Of a stretch of 64,000 bases of DNA, positions 8,646 to 18,303 are shown one piece after another. Within the stretch, counting starts at the first letter, position 1, and each line of letters begins with the position of its first letter. A program made the translations under genes and the position numbers. Under the pieces are notes generated by a model, which was given only the letters and a program-made list of their open reading frames with translations, did not search any database and had not been told where the DNA came from. The stretch comes from an uncultured Rhodospirillales bacterium (lineage in GTDB: Bacteria > Pseudomonadota > Alphaproteobacteria > CACIAM-22H2): assembly GCA_937926175.1 (NCBI GenBank), contig CALANV010000030.1, positions 451-64,450 of the forward strand, read 5' to 3'.

Positions 8646-9539
8646 ATGGCTAACAGAGCTTCCTGGCAGCGCTGGCTGACCCGCAACGTCGTGCGTCCGC
8701 TCGAGGCAGGATTGACGAAGGTCCTGTTCCATTCATTCGCGCTGATGCCGATCGATACCGCCTCGGCCATCGGCGGCGCCGTCGCCCGCACGATCGGCCC
8801 CAGGCTGCGGATTTCCGACCGCGCACGCCGCAACTTGCGGCGCGCATTCCCGGACCTGCCGGAAACGCAGATCGAAGTCCTGATCCGCGAGATGTGGGAC
8901 AATCTCGGCCGCACCGCCGCCGAGTATCCTCACCTTCCGCATATCAGCGAGCGCGTGATCTTCGAGGGGGCCGAGAACATCGAACGGGCACTGGCGCGCG
9001 GCCGGCCGTTGATCTTTTTCGCGGCCCATATGGGCAATTGGGAGATCACCCCGTCCTTTTCCGCGCGGCATGGGGCGCCGATTCACCTTCTCTATCGCCC
9101 CGCCAACAATCCCTGGATCGACGAACTGATCGGCAGGATGCGGCTCAGCAGCGGCGCGGCCGGCCTGATTCCGAAAGGCAAGGAAGGCGCGCGCCTCGCC
9201 CTTCAGACGCTGGCGAAAGGCGAGAACATCGGCCTCCTCATCGATCAGAAACTCAACGAGGGCGAGCCGATCCCGTTCTTCGGCCGTGACGCGATGACGG
9301 CAACTGCCATCGCCTCGCTGGCGTTCAAGTTCGATTGCACGCTGCTGCCGTCGCAGATCGAGCGCATCGAAGGCGCACGCTTCCGTCTAACCGTCCATCC
9401 GGCTCTGGAATTGCCGCGCACGGGCGACCGGCAGGCCGATACCCGTGCGCTCCTCACCACCATAAACCGGATGATCGAAGACTGGATCCGGCAGCGTCCC
9501 GGACAGTGGCTGTGGCTTCATCAGCGCTGGTCCGACTGA
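8646..9539 (+). CDS. Lipid A biosynthesis lauroyl/myristoyl acyltransferase family protein (LpxL/HtrB-like).
   Basis: About 297 aa. The HMGNWE motif (H-x4-E acyltransferase catalytic dyad) sits in FFAAHMGNWEI. Directly downstream of lpxK. Confidence 0.75.
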   Translation: MANRASWQRWLTRNVVRPLEAGLTKVLFHSFALMPIDTASAIGGAVARTIGPRLRISDRARRNLRRAFPDLPETQIEVLIREMWDNLGRTAAEYPHLPHISERVIFEGAENIERALARGRPLIFFAAHMGNWEITPSFSARHGAPIHLLYRPANNPWIDELIGRMRLSSGAAGLIPKGKEGARLALQTLAKGENIGLLIDQKLNEGEPIPFFGRDAMTATAIASLAFKFDCTLLPSQIERIEGARFRLTVHPALELPRTGDRQADTRALLTTINRMIEDWIRQRPGQWLWLHQRWSD

Positions 9540-9768
9540 CACGGCCCGGATGCACGGCACCGGATCGGTCGACATAGCGCGTAAGTACGGCGCGAATGGG
9601 GTAAGCCGCACGGCATGCGCCGTGACGATGGTTTTTACGTAACATCGCTGCAACCGGAGACTTCGCCGCGGCCGGCTTCCATGACAGCGCCTCGAGCGCC
9701 CGTGGGCCGCGTGCGGATATGTCCTTCCGTCACGGGCGCAACGACATGTACGGCGTATGGAGCACAGA

Positions 9769-10017
9769 ATGTCAGATCCGAACGACGTCGGTGCCCGAGA
9801 GCGCACGACCACGCTGCCCGATGACATCATCTGCCCGTTCTGCGGCGGTCGCGGCTTCCAGGCGGCCGCGAAAGACAGCGACGAACCGATCGCCCTTCTC
9901 TACGAAAATTCCGGCCGGTCCTGGTTCGGGCCGCCGGGATATCTGCGCGTCTTTGCCCTGATCTGCAACGACTGCGGCTACGTCGCGACGTTCGCTGCAG
10001 ACCGGCTCAAGCGCTGA
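9769..10017 (+). CDS. Small Cys-rich (zinc-ribbon-like) hypothetical protein.
   Basis: CPFCGG...CNDCGY gives two CxxC pairs about 50 aa apart. GGAG RBS 7 nt upstream of the ATG at 9769 (the track start 9757 is an alternative). Amino-acid composition looks protein-like. Confidence 0.5.
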   Translation: MSDPNDVGARERTTTLPDDIICPFCGGRGFQAAAKDSDEPIALLYENSGRSWFGPPGYLRVFALICNDCGYVATFAADRLKR

Positions 10018-10075
10018 GGCGCGGCGCGCGTCGTGCACGGCGAAACCGGCTGGCCGGCATGATCGTGCGCGCCGT

Positions 10076-10927
10076 CTAACCGCCGCCCGATACGGTGACG
10101 GGCGCGGCGGGCGCCGCCGGCATCGGCGGCACGAGCAGGGCAGGATCGAGACGGATGTCGAACAGATTCACGCGCCAGTCGAGATGCGGGCCGGTTGCCC
10201 GTCCAGTCGCACCGACCCGTCCGATGACGGTGCCCTGCTCGACGCGTTCGCCGGCGCGCACTGCAATCTCGGACAGGTGCGAATAGACCGAGCTGAGCCC
10301 GTGCCCGTGGTCGAGGATGATCGTCTTGCCGGTGAAGAACATGTCTTCATGCGCCAGCGCGACGATGCCGCTTGCGGCCGCGACGACCGGCGCTCCGACC
10401 GGGGCTGCGATATCGATGCCGTAATGCGGCTGACGCGGCTGTCCGTTCAGGATCCGCTGGCTGCCGTAGACGCCGCTGATCCGGCCGATCACGGGCCAGA
10501 TGAATCCGGTCTTGAACAGCGCCTCGGCGGAATCGCGCGCGCGCGCCGCCGCGATCAGCGCGTTCTCCTCGCGGATCCGCTTCAGATCGGCCGGGTCCGG
10601 CGTCACCTGCCGCTCCGGCAGGCCGTCGATCCGCTGGATATCCCATGTCCGCGGCGTCACGGTCAGGACGCGCTCCTCGCGGCGGCCGTCCGGATATTCG
10701 ACCACGAGCCGCGCCTCGGGTGCGGCATCGCGCCCGAAGCCGATCAGAAACGTGCCGTCCGGCGCGACGCGCATCGGTCGCCCCTCGAACGTGACACGGG
10801 CGCCGGGCACGACGCGCCCCGTGACCAGCGCGCCCTGAACGAACTGGCCGAACAGCTCCAGATCGGCGGCCTGCGCGCGCCCGGCGAGGCAGAACAGCAT
10901 GAGCAACGCGAACAGTCGGATGCGCAT
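10076..10927 (-). CDS. M23 family metallopeptidase (LytM/NlpD-like) with a signal peptide.
   Basis: MRIRLFALLMLFCLAGRAQA signal peptide. HYGIDIAAPVGAPVVAAASGIV...GKTIILDHGHGLSSVYSHLSE...GRVGATGRATGPHLDWRV is the M23 HxxxD / HxH motif set. Its start overlaps the xseA stop. Confidence 0.85.
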   Translation of the reverse strand: MRIRLFALLMLFCLAGRAQAADLELFGQFVQGALVTGRVVPGARVTFEGRPMRVAPDGTFLIGFGRDAAPEARLVVEYPDGRREERVLTVTPRTWDIQRIDGLPERQVTPDPADLKRIREENALIAAARARDSAEALFKTGFIWPVIGRISGVYGSQRILNGQPRQPHYGIDIAAPVGAPVVAAASGIVALAHEDMFFTGKTIILDHGHGLSSVYSHLSEIAVRAGERVEQGTVIGRVGATGRATGPHLDWRVNLFDIRLDPALLVPPMPAAPAAPVTVSGGG

Positions 10928-12453
10928 CACAACAGGCTTCCCTGCTTGGGGGTTGGCTGCACGTCCCTTGCCGTCTTGCGTTCGCCGCGTGCCGGGCGCG
11001 ACTTCGCCCCCGCGCCGTCGACGCGGACGCCGACCTCGCCATCGTGGAAACGCAGCGCCAGCGCAGCACCGGGTTCGGTCTCGCGCGCCGAGGTGAGCGG
11101 ACGCCCGGCCTCGTCGTGCACGAGAACGAAGCCGCGTTCGAGCACGCGTTCGTAGGAACAGCTCTCGAGCAGCTTGCCGACATGGCCCAGGTGGTGCGCG
11201 CGCTGTTCGACGTAGCGCTGCAGCGCGCCGTTGAGGCGCATGAGAAGCTCGTCGCCGCGCTCCGCTCCCTGCGCCATCATCCGCTCCGTCGCGAGACGGC
11301 AAGCGGTCAGCCGGGCGATACGGTCCGACAACGCCGTCATGGCCTGGTCGAGCTGGCGTTTCGGATGCGGCAGCCGTTCGCCCAGATTCGTGACGCGCAT
11401 CTTGTGCTGGCCGACCAGATTGTCCATGGCAAGCCGGAGACGCTCCGTCCGGTCGTCGAGCCGCTGCGTCCAGTCCTCGATGAGGCGAATCGGATCGCCG
11501 AGGCCGCGGGCGAGGCCGTCGAGCCGCGTGCGGCGTTCCTCGATCATGCGCTGCAGTCCGGCGATCAGACGCTGTCCGTCGCGCAGAACGTCGGCGATCA
11601 GCTCGACCCGCACCGGCACCGCCATCTCCGCGGCCGCGGTCGGCGTCGGCGCCCGCCGGTCGGCGGCGAAGTCGATCAGTGTCGTGTCGGTCTCGTGCCC
11701 GACGGCGGAAATGAGCGGGATCTCGCTTTCGGCCGCCGCGCGCACCACCACCTCCTCGTTGAACGCCATCAGGTCCTCGAGGCTGCCGCCGCCGCGCGCG
11801 ACGATGAGTACGTCCGGCCGCGGTATCACACCGTCACGTGGAATGGCGTTGAAGCCGCGGATGGCCGCCGCCACCTGCTCCGCCGCGCCGTCACCCTGGA
11901 CGGCGACGGGCCAGACGATGACATGGCGGGGAAAGCGGTCGTTCAGACGATGGAGAATGTCGCGGATCACGGCGCCCGTGGGCGACGTGACGACGCCGAT
12001 GACGTCGGGAAGGAACGGCAGCTTCTTCTTGCGCTGCTCGTCGAACAGGCCCTCGGCGGCGAGGCGGCGTCGGCGATCCTCGATCATCTTGAGGAGCGCG
12101 CCCTCGCCCGCGAGCTCCATCCGCTCGATGACGAGCTGGTACTTGGAACGGCCCGGATAGGTCGTGACCCGCCCGGTACAGACCACCTCCATGCCGTCCT
12201 CGGGTTTGATGTCGAGACGCATGGCGACGCCGCGCCAGATGACCGCGTCGATCACCGCCTCCGCGTCCTTGAGGCAGAGATAGAGGTGGCCGGACGTATG
12301 GCGCTTGAACTGCGAGATCTCGCCGCGCACGCGGACCCGGGCGAACGCCCCCTCGACGGTCCGTTTCACGGCCTGCGACAGCTCGCTCACCGTGAATTCG
12401 GGAACGTTCGTACGGCCCGTTGCGGCGTCGATCGGGGTCAGAAATTCGTCCAT
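10927..12453 (-). CDS. xseA: Exodeoxyribonuclease VII large subunit.
   Basis: 508 aa. N-terminal OB-fold (VRVRGEISQFKRHTSGHLYLCLKD), the catalytic core, and a long coiled-coil C-terminus. Divergent from purD. Confidence 0.85.
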   Translation of the reverse strand: MDEFLTPIDAATGRTNVPEFTVSELSQAVKRTVEGAFARVRVRGEISQFKRHTSGHLYLCLKDAEAVIDAVIWRGVAMRLDIKPEDGMEVVCTGRVTTYPGRSKYQLVIERMELAGEGALLKMIEDRRRRLAAEGLFDEQRKKKLPFLPDVIGVVTSPTGAVIRDILHRLNDRFPRHVIVWPVAVQGDGAAEQVAAAIRGFNAIPRDGVIPRPDVLIVARGGGSLEDLMAFNEEVVVRAAAESEIPLISAVGHETDTTLIDFAADRRAPTPTAAAEMAVPVRVELIADVLRDGQRLIAGLQRMIEERRTRLDGLARGLGDPIRLIEDWTQRLDDRTERLRLAMDNLVGQHKMRVTNLGERLPHPKRQLDQAMTALSDRIARLTACRLATERMMAQGAERGDELLMRLNGALQRYVEQRAHHLGHVGKLLESCSYERVLERGFVLVHDEAGRPLTSARETEPGAALALRFHDGEVGVRVDGAGAKSRPARGERKTARDVQPTPKQGSLL

Positions 12454-12516
12454 GGCAGTTTCGGGCGACTATGATACAAGCCGCGCACGTTCGAAAGATA
12501 GGGCCACGAGGGAAAA

Positions 12517-13800
12517 ATGCGGATTCTCGTAGTCGGTTCGGGCGGCCGGGAACATGCGCTCTGCTGGGCGATCGCGGCATCGCCGTTGTGCGACAAGCTC
12601 TACTGCGCGCCGGGCAATGCCGGAATCGCCCGTATTGCCGAATGCGTTCTGATCGGCGCCGAGGACGTGGACGCCCTCGTGCGATTCGCGCGCGAGAGCG
12701 CGATCGATTTCGTGGTCATCGGTCCCGAGGCCCCGCTCGTGCTCGGACTCGCGGACCGGCTGGAAGCGGCCGGCATCCGGACATTCGGCCCGTCCCAGCG
12801 CGCCGCCGCGCTCGAGGGGTCCAAAGGATTCATGAAGGACCTGTGCGCCAAATACGGCATTCCGACCGCCGCCTACGCGCGCTTCGACAATGCCGAGAAG
12901 GCGCGCGCCTACGTCCGGGCGCACGGGGCACCCATCGTCGTCAAGGCGGACGGGCTTGCCGCCGGCAAGGGCGTCACGGTGGCGATGACGCTCGAGGCGG
13001 CGCTCGCCGCGATCGACGACGCCATGGTCGCGAACCGCTTCGGCAAGGCGGGTGCCGAGGTCGTCATCGAGGAATATCTCGAGGGCGAGGAAGTCAGCTT
13101 CTTCGCGCTGTCGGACGGCACCAACGTCCTGCCGCTCGCCGCCGCCCAGGATCACAAGCGCGTCGGCGACGGCGACACCGGTCCCAACACCGGCGGCATG
13201 GGCGCCTATTCCCCGCCGCCGATCGTGACACCGGCGCTGGCCGACACGATCATGAACAAGATCATCCGGCCGACGGTCGCCGGCATGGCGGCCGAGGGCG
13301 CGCCGTTCATGGGCGTGCTGTTCGCCGGACTCATGATCACGGCCGACGGTCCGAAGTTGCTCGAATACAACGTGCGCTTCGGCGATCCGGAGTGCCAGGT
13401 TCTGATGCCCCGGCTGAAATCGGATCTCCTGCCCGCCCTGATCGCCGCGCGCGACGGCCAGCTGAAGAACTTCGATCTGCGCTGGCGTGACGACGCCGCG
13501 CTGTGCGTGGTCATGGCCGCGAAGGGCTATCCCGGCGACTACAGGAAGGGAACGGAGATCCGCAAGCTGGAAGACGCCGAAGCCATTCCCGGCGTCACGG
13601 TCTTCCATGCCGGCACGACCGCAAAGGATGGCCGGATTCTCGCGACCGGCGGACGCGTGCTCGGCATCACCGCGACGGCCAGGACCATCGCCGAGGCGCA
13701 GGCCGCCGCCTACCGGGCGGTCGACGCCATCGACTGGCCCGACGGCTTCTGCCGGCGCGACATCGGCTGGCGCGCGATCCAGCACGCCAATGTCCGGTAG
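12517..13800 (+). CDS. purD: Phosphoribosylamine--glycine ligase.
   Basis: [19 protein letters not shown]... is the canonical PurD N-terminus, followed by the ATP-grasp domain. 427 aa. Confidence 0.9.
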   Translation: MRILVVGSGGREHALCWAIAASPLCDKLYCAPGNAGIARIAECVLIGAEDVDALVRFARESAIDFVVIGPEAPLVLGLADRLEAAGIRTFGPSQRAAALEGSKGFMKDLCAKYGIPTAAYARFDNAEKARAYVRAHGAPIVVKADGLAAGKGVTVAMTLEAALAAIDDAMVANRFGKAGAEVVIEEYLEGEEVSFFALSDGTNVLPLAAAQDHKRVGDGDTGPNTGGMGAYSPPPIVTPALADTIMNKIIRPTVAGMAAEGAPFMGVLFAGLMITADGPKLLEYNVRFGDPECQVLMPRLKSDLLPALIAARDGQLKNFDLRWRDDAALCVVMAAKGYPGDYRKGTEIRKLEDAEAIPGVTVFHAGTTAKDGRILATGGRVLGITATARTIAEAQAAAYRAVDAIDWPDGFCRRDIGWRAIQHANVR

Positions 13801-13869
13801 AAGGCTGTCCGGCACGCGCCGCGAATGGCGGCTGGACAAGGGACGCGTTTCATACTCATCTGATCAGGC

Positions 13870-14919
13870 ATGGCTGAAGGCATCAATCGGTCCCCGCTGA
13901 CCTATCCTTTCGAGGCTGCCCCGGCACCGGGCACGAGCCGCGAAATCGCGCCCGGCCTGCGCTGGATCTCGATGCCGCTGCCGTTTCCGCCCGATCACAT
14001 CAACCTGTGGCTCATCGCCGATGACGGCGGTTGGACCATCGTCGATGCCGGGCTGTCGCGCGACGACACCAAGGCGCACTGGGAAGCGATCTTCGCGAAC
14101 GATCTCGATGGACGGCCGGTGACGCGCGTGATCGTCACGCATTTCCATCCCGATCACATCGGGCTTGCCGACTGGCTGTGCCGGCGCTGGAACGCACCGC
14201 TGTGGATGACCGCCGGCGAGTGGTACACGGCCCGCGCCGTCCATGGTCAAGGCAGCGAGGCCGATATCGAGGCACGGCTCACCTTCTACCGGCGCAACGG
14301 CGCAAACGATGCGCTGCTGAGCGAGGCGATGAAGCCGAACACGTTCTACCGCCGCGGCGTGCCCGAGGTGCCGCCCGCCTTCGTGCGCATCCGGCAGAAC
14401 GTGCCCATTCGGATCGGCGGCCGCGACTGGGTGCCGATCATCGGGCGCGGCCATGCGCCCGAACATGCCTGTCTTTATTGCGCCGATCTCGGCGTGCTGA
14501 TCGGCGGCGACATCCTGCTGCCGCGGATCTCGCCGAACGTCAGCGTCTGGCCGGCGGAGCCGTTCGCCAATCCGCTCCTCGACTATCTCGAATCCCTCGG
14601 GAACTTCCGCGATCTTCCGGACGAGACACTCGTCCTGCCGGCACACGGTCTGCCCTATCGCGGCCTGCACGCGCGCATCGCGGAACTGCGAGTGCACCAC
14701 ACGCAGCGTCTCGACCGGCTTGCCGCGGCCATCGCGGAACGACCGCGCACGGCGGTCGAGTGCTTCCCGCTCCTGTTCCGCCGCGAGATCGGGCCCAACA
14801 ACATCGGTCTCGCGACGGGCGAGGCGCTGTCGCATCTCCACCTGCTCGAAAGCCAGAAGCGCGTGCGCCGCATCGACGAGGGCGGCCTCTGGAAGTTCGC
14901 GGCCGTCGCGGCGCAATGA
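13870..14919 (+). CDS. MBL-fold metallo-hydrolase.
   Basis: VIVTHFHPDHIGLADWL is the HxHxDH metallo-beta-lactamase motif, with downstream His/Asp ligands. Stop overlaps the start of the next gene. Confidence 0.75.
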   Translation: MAEGINRSPLTYPFEAAPAPGTSREIAPGLRWISMPLPFPPDHINLWLIADDGGWTIVDAGLSRDDTKAHWEAIFANDLDGRPVTRVIVTHFHPDHIGLADWLCRRWNAPLWMTAGEWYTARAVHGQGSEADIEARLTFYRRNGANDALLSEAMKPNTFYRRGVPEVPPAFVRIRQNVPIRIGGRDWVPIIGRGHAPEHACLYCADLGVLIGGDILLPRISPNVSVWPAEPFANPLLDYLESLGNFRDLPDETLVLPAHGLPYRGLHARIAELRVHHTQRLDRLAAAIAERPRTAVECFPLLFRREIGPNNIGLATGEALSHLHLLESQKRVRRIDEGGLWKFAAVAAQ

Positions 14920-15716
14920 CGGACGCGCTCACGCGGCTCATTGCCGGTTTTCGTACCTTTCACGACAGGTACTTCCAGCAGAACCGCGCGCTTTACGATC
15001 GTCTGACGACAGAGGGGCAGGTCCCCAAGGTGCTGGTGGTCGGCTGCTCGGATGCCCGTGTCGATCCGGCGATCCTCACCTACGCGCAACCCGGCGACCT
15101 GTTCGTCGTGCGCAACGTCGGCGCGATCGTACCGCCGCACGAGGAAGCCGGCCGCGGCTATCACGGCACCAGCAGCGCGCTCGAGTTCGGCGTGCGCGGC
15201 CTCAACGTCGAGCACATCGTCGTGCTGGGGCATGCGCTGTGCGGCGGCATGCGGGCGCTCGCCGACGGACCGGCGGAGGACAGCCGTGACTACGAATATC
15301 TCCACGACTGGGTTCGCATCGCCGCGGCGGCGCGCGATGCGGTTCGGGTGGAACTGCGCGATGCGCCGGCGGAAACGCGACGCCGGGCGCTGGAGCAGGC
15401 CGGCATCGTCGTATCGCTCGGGAATCTGATGACGTTTCCCTGGGTGCGCGAGCGCGTCGTGGCGGGAACGCTCGCGCTCCACGGCTGGTATTTCGATTTC
15501 ACGGTCGGCACGCTCTTCGCCTACGATACGGCGGCGGGTCGGTTCGCCCCGGTGGCGGAGAGCGCCCATCCGCTGTCGCCGGACCGGCATGCCGATCTTG
15601 CCGCCGCACTCGACGTCGGGCGCTTCGTCCGTCGCATCGCGGCCGCCTGCAACCAGACGGAAGCAGCGGAAGGAAACGCAGTCCATGGGCACGCCATTCC
15701 GCCTCGAAGGCCTTGA
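14916..15716 (+). CDS. Beta-class carbonic anhydrase.
   Basis: VVGCSDARVDP and HALCGGM are the beta-CA Cys-Asp-Arg and His-x-x-Cys zinc-ligand motifs. ATG at 14916 overlaps the MBL stop. Confidence 0.8.
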   Translation: MTDALTRLIAGFRTFHDRYFQQNRALYDRLTTEGQVPKVLVVGCSDARVDPAILTYAQPGDLFVVRNVGAIVPPHEEAGRGYHGTSSALEFGVRGLNVEHIVVLGHALCGGMRALADGPAEDSRDYEYLHDWVRIAAAARDAVRVELRDAPAETRRRALEQAGIVVSLGNLMTFPWVRERVVAGTLALHGWYFDFTVGTLFAYDTAAGRFAPVAESAHPLSPDRHADLAAALDVGRFVRRIAAACNQTEAAEGNAVHGHAIPPRRP

Positions 15717-16113
15717 CCACATCGTGCTGCGCGCCCGCGACGTGCCGCGGCTGGTGCGGTTCTACTGCGACGTGCTCGGCTGCACGTTCGAGCGCAAGCA
15801 GAAGGAGCTCGGCCTCCTCCAGCTTCGCGCCGGCCGGTCGCTGATCGATCTCGTCGACGTGGCGGGCCCGCTCGGCCGCCAGGGCGGCGCCCCGCCCGGA
15901 CGCGAGGCGCGCAACCTCGATCATTTCTGCCTGCGCATCGCCCCGTTCGACGCCGAGGCGATCCGCGCGCACCTGATCGCCCATGGCGTCGAGGCGGGCG
16001 AGGTGAAGGACCGCTACGGCGCCGAAGGCACGGGCCCGTCGCTCTACATCACCGATCCCGAAGGTAACACGGTCGAGCTCAAGGGACCGTCGGTTCAGCC
16101 GCCCGTGCCCTGA
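15685..16113 (+). CDS. VOC/glyoxalase family protein.
   Basis: LDHIVLRARDVPRLVRFYCDVLGC...DHFCLRIAPFD...LYITDPEGNTVEL is the glyoxalase/bleomycin-resistance fold pattern. ggaagg RBS upstream of the ATG at 15685. The upstream part of track ORF 15589 overlaps the CA gene. Confidence 0.7.
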   Translation: MGTPFRLEGLDHIVLRARDVPRLVRFYCDVLGCTFERKQKELGLLQLRAGRSLIDLVDVAGPLGRQGGAPPGREARNLDHFCLRIAPFDAEAIRAHLIAHGVEAGEVKDRYGAEGTGPSLYITDPEGNTVELKGPSVQPPVP

Positions 16114-17105
16114 ACGAGCCGCAACGCGAAGTCGACGGCCTCGATCAGGCTCTTTTCGTTGGCGATGCCACGGCCCGCGATGTCGAACGCCGTGCCATGG
16201 TCGACCGACGTCCGCACCAGCGGGAGGCCGAGCGTGACGTTCACGCCGCTCAGGCTTTCCCATTTTCCGGTGCGCTCGTCCACCGAGAACCCGAGCAGCT
16301 TCACGGGGATGTGCCCCTGGTCATGGTACATCGCGACGACGGCGTCGTACTGACCCGCCCGCAGTTTGACGAAGACCGTATCGCCCGGAACCGGGCCATC
16401 GATGTCGACTCCGGCCTTTCGATACTCGGCGATCACCGGCGCCGTAACCTCGATATCCTGCCGACCGAGAATTCCGCCTTCGCCGGCATGCGGGTTCAGG
16501 GCCGCCACGGCGAGACGGGGCCGGGCGATCCCGAGGCGTTCGAGCGTCGCATGCGTCAGGTCGATCACTCGCCGAAGGCGGGCGGGCGTAAGACGCTTCG
16601 GAACCTCTTCCAGTGGCACGTGGGTCGAAACATGGCTGACCCGCATCCCGCCGTGCGCGAGCATCATCACCGGCTCCTTCCCGCCCGACAGGTCCGCCAG
16701 CAGCTCCGTATGTCCCGAATAGCGATAGCCGGCGAGATTGAGCGCCTCTTTGCTCAGCGGCGCCGTGACGATGGCGTCGATCTTTCCCGCGCGCGTGCGC
16801 GCGACAGCCTCGGCAATGGCCTGGTACGCCAGCCGTCCCGCCTCAGCGGAGGTCTCGCCGTAGTTGATGTCGGTCCTGGGCGCCCCGATGTCGTGGAGAG
16901 CGAGGCCCGGCACATTCGCGAATGCCGACAAGGGCGTCAGCCCCATGTCCCGCGCGGCGCGATCCAGCGACGCGGCGGAACCGATCACCTCCAGCTGAAA
17001 CTCGCCGCGCTCGAGCCGCGGGCGCAGCGCGGCCACGGCTTTCAGGACGATCTCCGGGCCGATGCCCGCCGGATCACCGACCGTTATGGCAATCTTCCTG
17101 GCCAT
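16095..17105 (-). CDS. pdxA2: PdxA-family 4-hydroxythreonine-4-phosphate dehydrogenase. Likely the PdxA2 type, given the adjacent DUF1537 kinase.
   Basis: MARKIAITVGDPAGIGPEIVLKA...GHTELL...HGTAFDIAG are PdxA family motifs. Linkage to a four-carbon acid sugar kinase indicates the threonate/erythronate catabolic paralogue. Confidence 0.75.
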   Translation of the reverse strand: MARKIAITVGDPAGIGPEIVLKAVAALRPRLERGEFQLEVIGSAASLDRAARDMGLTPLSAFANVPGLALHDIGAPRTDINYGETSAEAGRLAYQAIAEAVARTRAGKIDAIVTAPLSKEALNLAGYRYSGHTELLADLSGGKEPVMMLAHGGMRVSHVSTHVPLEEVPKRLTPARLRRVIDLTHATLERLGIARPRLAVAALNPHAGEGGILGRQDIEVTAPVIAEYRKAGVDIDGPVPGDTVFVKLRAGQYDAVVAMYHDQGHIPVKLLGFSVDERTGKWESLSGVNVTLGLPLVRTSVDHGTAFDIAGRGIANEKSLIEAVDFALRLVQGTGG

Positions 17106-18219
17106 CTTCCGGTCCCTTCTTACGTATTGCCGTCACGATCTCCAGAAGAAGGGGCGGCCCGCCGAACGCGCCCGACTTCGAGATGACGTAAGTTCCTCTC
17201 CATGCGCCGTCGGCAATCAGCGACAGGGGAAGGCCCGGCGCAATCTCGCCATGAACGTCGAGCTGCGAGGCGCCGACCGCGCCGGCAAGACGTACCAGCG
17301 TATCACCGCCGACCACCAGCAGAATGTCGGGCGGCGGAACGAGATCCGGAATCCTCGCGAAGGTCCGGTTCATGATCGCGGCCGCTGCCGCATCCGACAC
17401 GGGCGGCAGCGAAAACAGGATGGCGCCCGGCCGCCGGGCCTCGAGCCGCCGGGCGACGTGACGAAGGGCCGTGTCGATCGCATGTTCGTGGCAAATTCTT
17501 GCGATCGCATCCGGCATGCCGGACGCCAGCACATCGCCCTGGCCGACCGCGACCGGATGGTTGCTGCCGACCACCACCAGGACCGAGGATGTCGATGGCG
17601 GAACGAGCGGCCGTGGGAACTGCGCAAGCGCGCGGCTGAGCCCGGCGGAACCTATCCATAGGATCGGCCCCTCGAGTTGCGAGCGAAGCGACGCGATCCT
17701 GTCGAGGTCGGACGGCGTCTCGGCATCGCAAATGAAAATGCCGGGACCGCGCGGAAGGCACCGGCGCGGAACGATCCGCGCACGGATACCCTTGGCGGCA
17801 AGCGCGCGGAGAAGGCTGCCTGCGCCGGTCTGCCGCCACGCCCCATTCGCCGGATCCCGATAGAGCTGCACGCCGGCCCGCGTAATACGGCCCTGCTCCG
17901 GAAAGGCCGGCGCGATCACCACCGTCCCGAAGCGGCCGCGGCGGACGCAGGTGGCGATTTCGAGCAGCGTGTTCCCGCGCAGCAACGAGTCGATCTTCTT
18001 GAACCCGAGCGCCCGTCCGGAGAGCCGGGCGGCCGCATGCGCCACCGCAAATGCGGCCCGGTGCGGCGCGAGCGACCGCGTCTCGCTGTCGATGACGAGA
18101 CGCGGTCCCACAAAAGGCGGACGCCAGCGGACGGGCATGACGCCGTAACGCCCCGCGAGCGGAGCGGCCGTATCGAGTGCCCCCGTGAGATCATCCGCCA
18201 GGATACAGATGCTGCGCAC
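17074..18219 (-). CDS. Four-carbon acid sugar kinase family protein (DUF1537/OtnK-like).
   Basis: N-terminus ICILADDLTGALDTAAPLAG is the DUF1537 N-domain pattern. The C-terminal nucleotide-binding region contains GGDT. 3' end overlaps pdxA2 by about 30 nt. Confidence 0.7.
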   Translation of the reverse strand: MRSICILADDLTGALDTAAPLAGRYGVMPVRWRPPFVGPRLVIDSETRSLAPHRAAFAVAHAAARLSGRALGFKKIDSLLRGNTLLEIATCVRRGRFGTVVIAPAFPEQGRITRAGVQLYRDPANGAWRQTGAGSLLRALAAKGIRARIVPRRCLPRGPGIFICDAETPSDLDRIASLRSQLEGPILWIGSAGLSRALAQFPRPLVPPSTSSVLVVVGSNHPVAVGQGDVLASGMPDAIARICHEHAIDTALRHVARRLEARRPGAILFSLPPVSDAAAAAIMNRTFARIPDLVPPPDILLVVGGDTLVRLAGAVGASQLDVHGEIAPGLPLSLIADGAWRGTYVISKSGAFGGPPLLLEIVTAIRKKGPEDGQEDCHNGR

Positions 18220-18303
18220 GGGTGCGATCGATAGCGCGTCGCCGCGGCCGGCTCAACCACACGCCCCGCGGGCGCAGCGTCCGGCCGACCTCGACGCCGG
18301 ACG

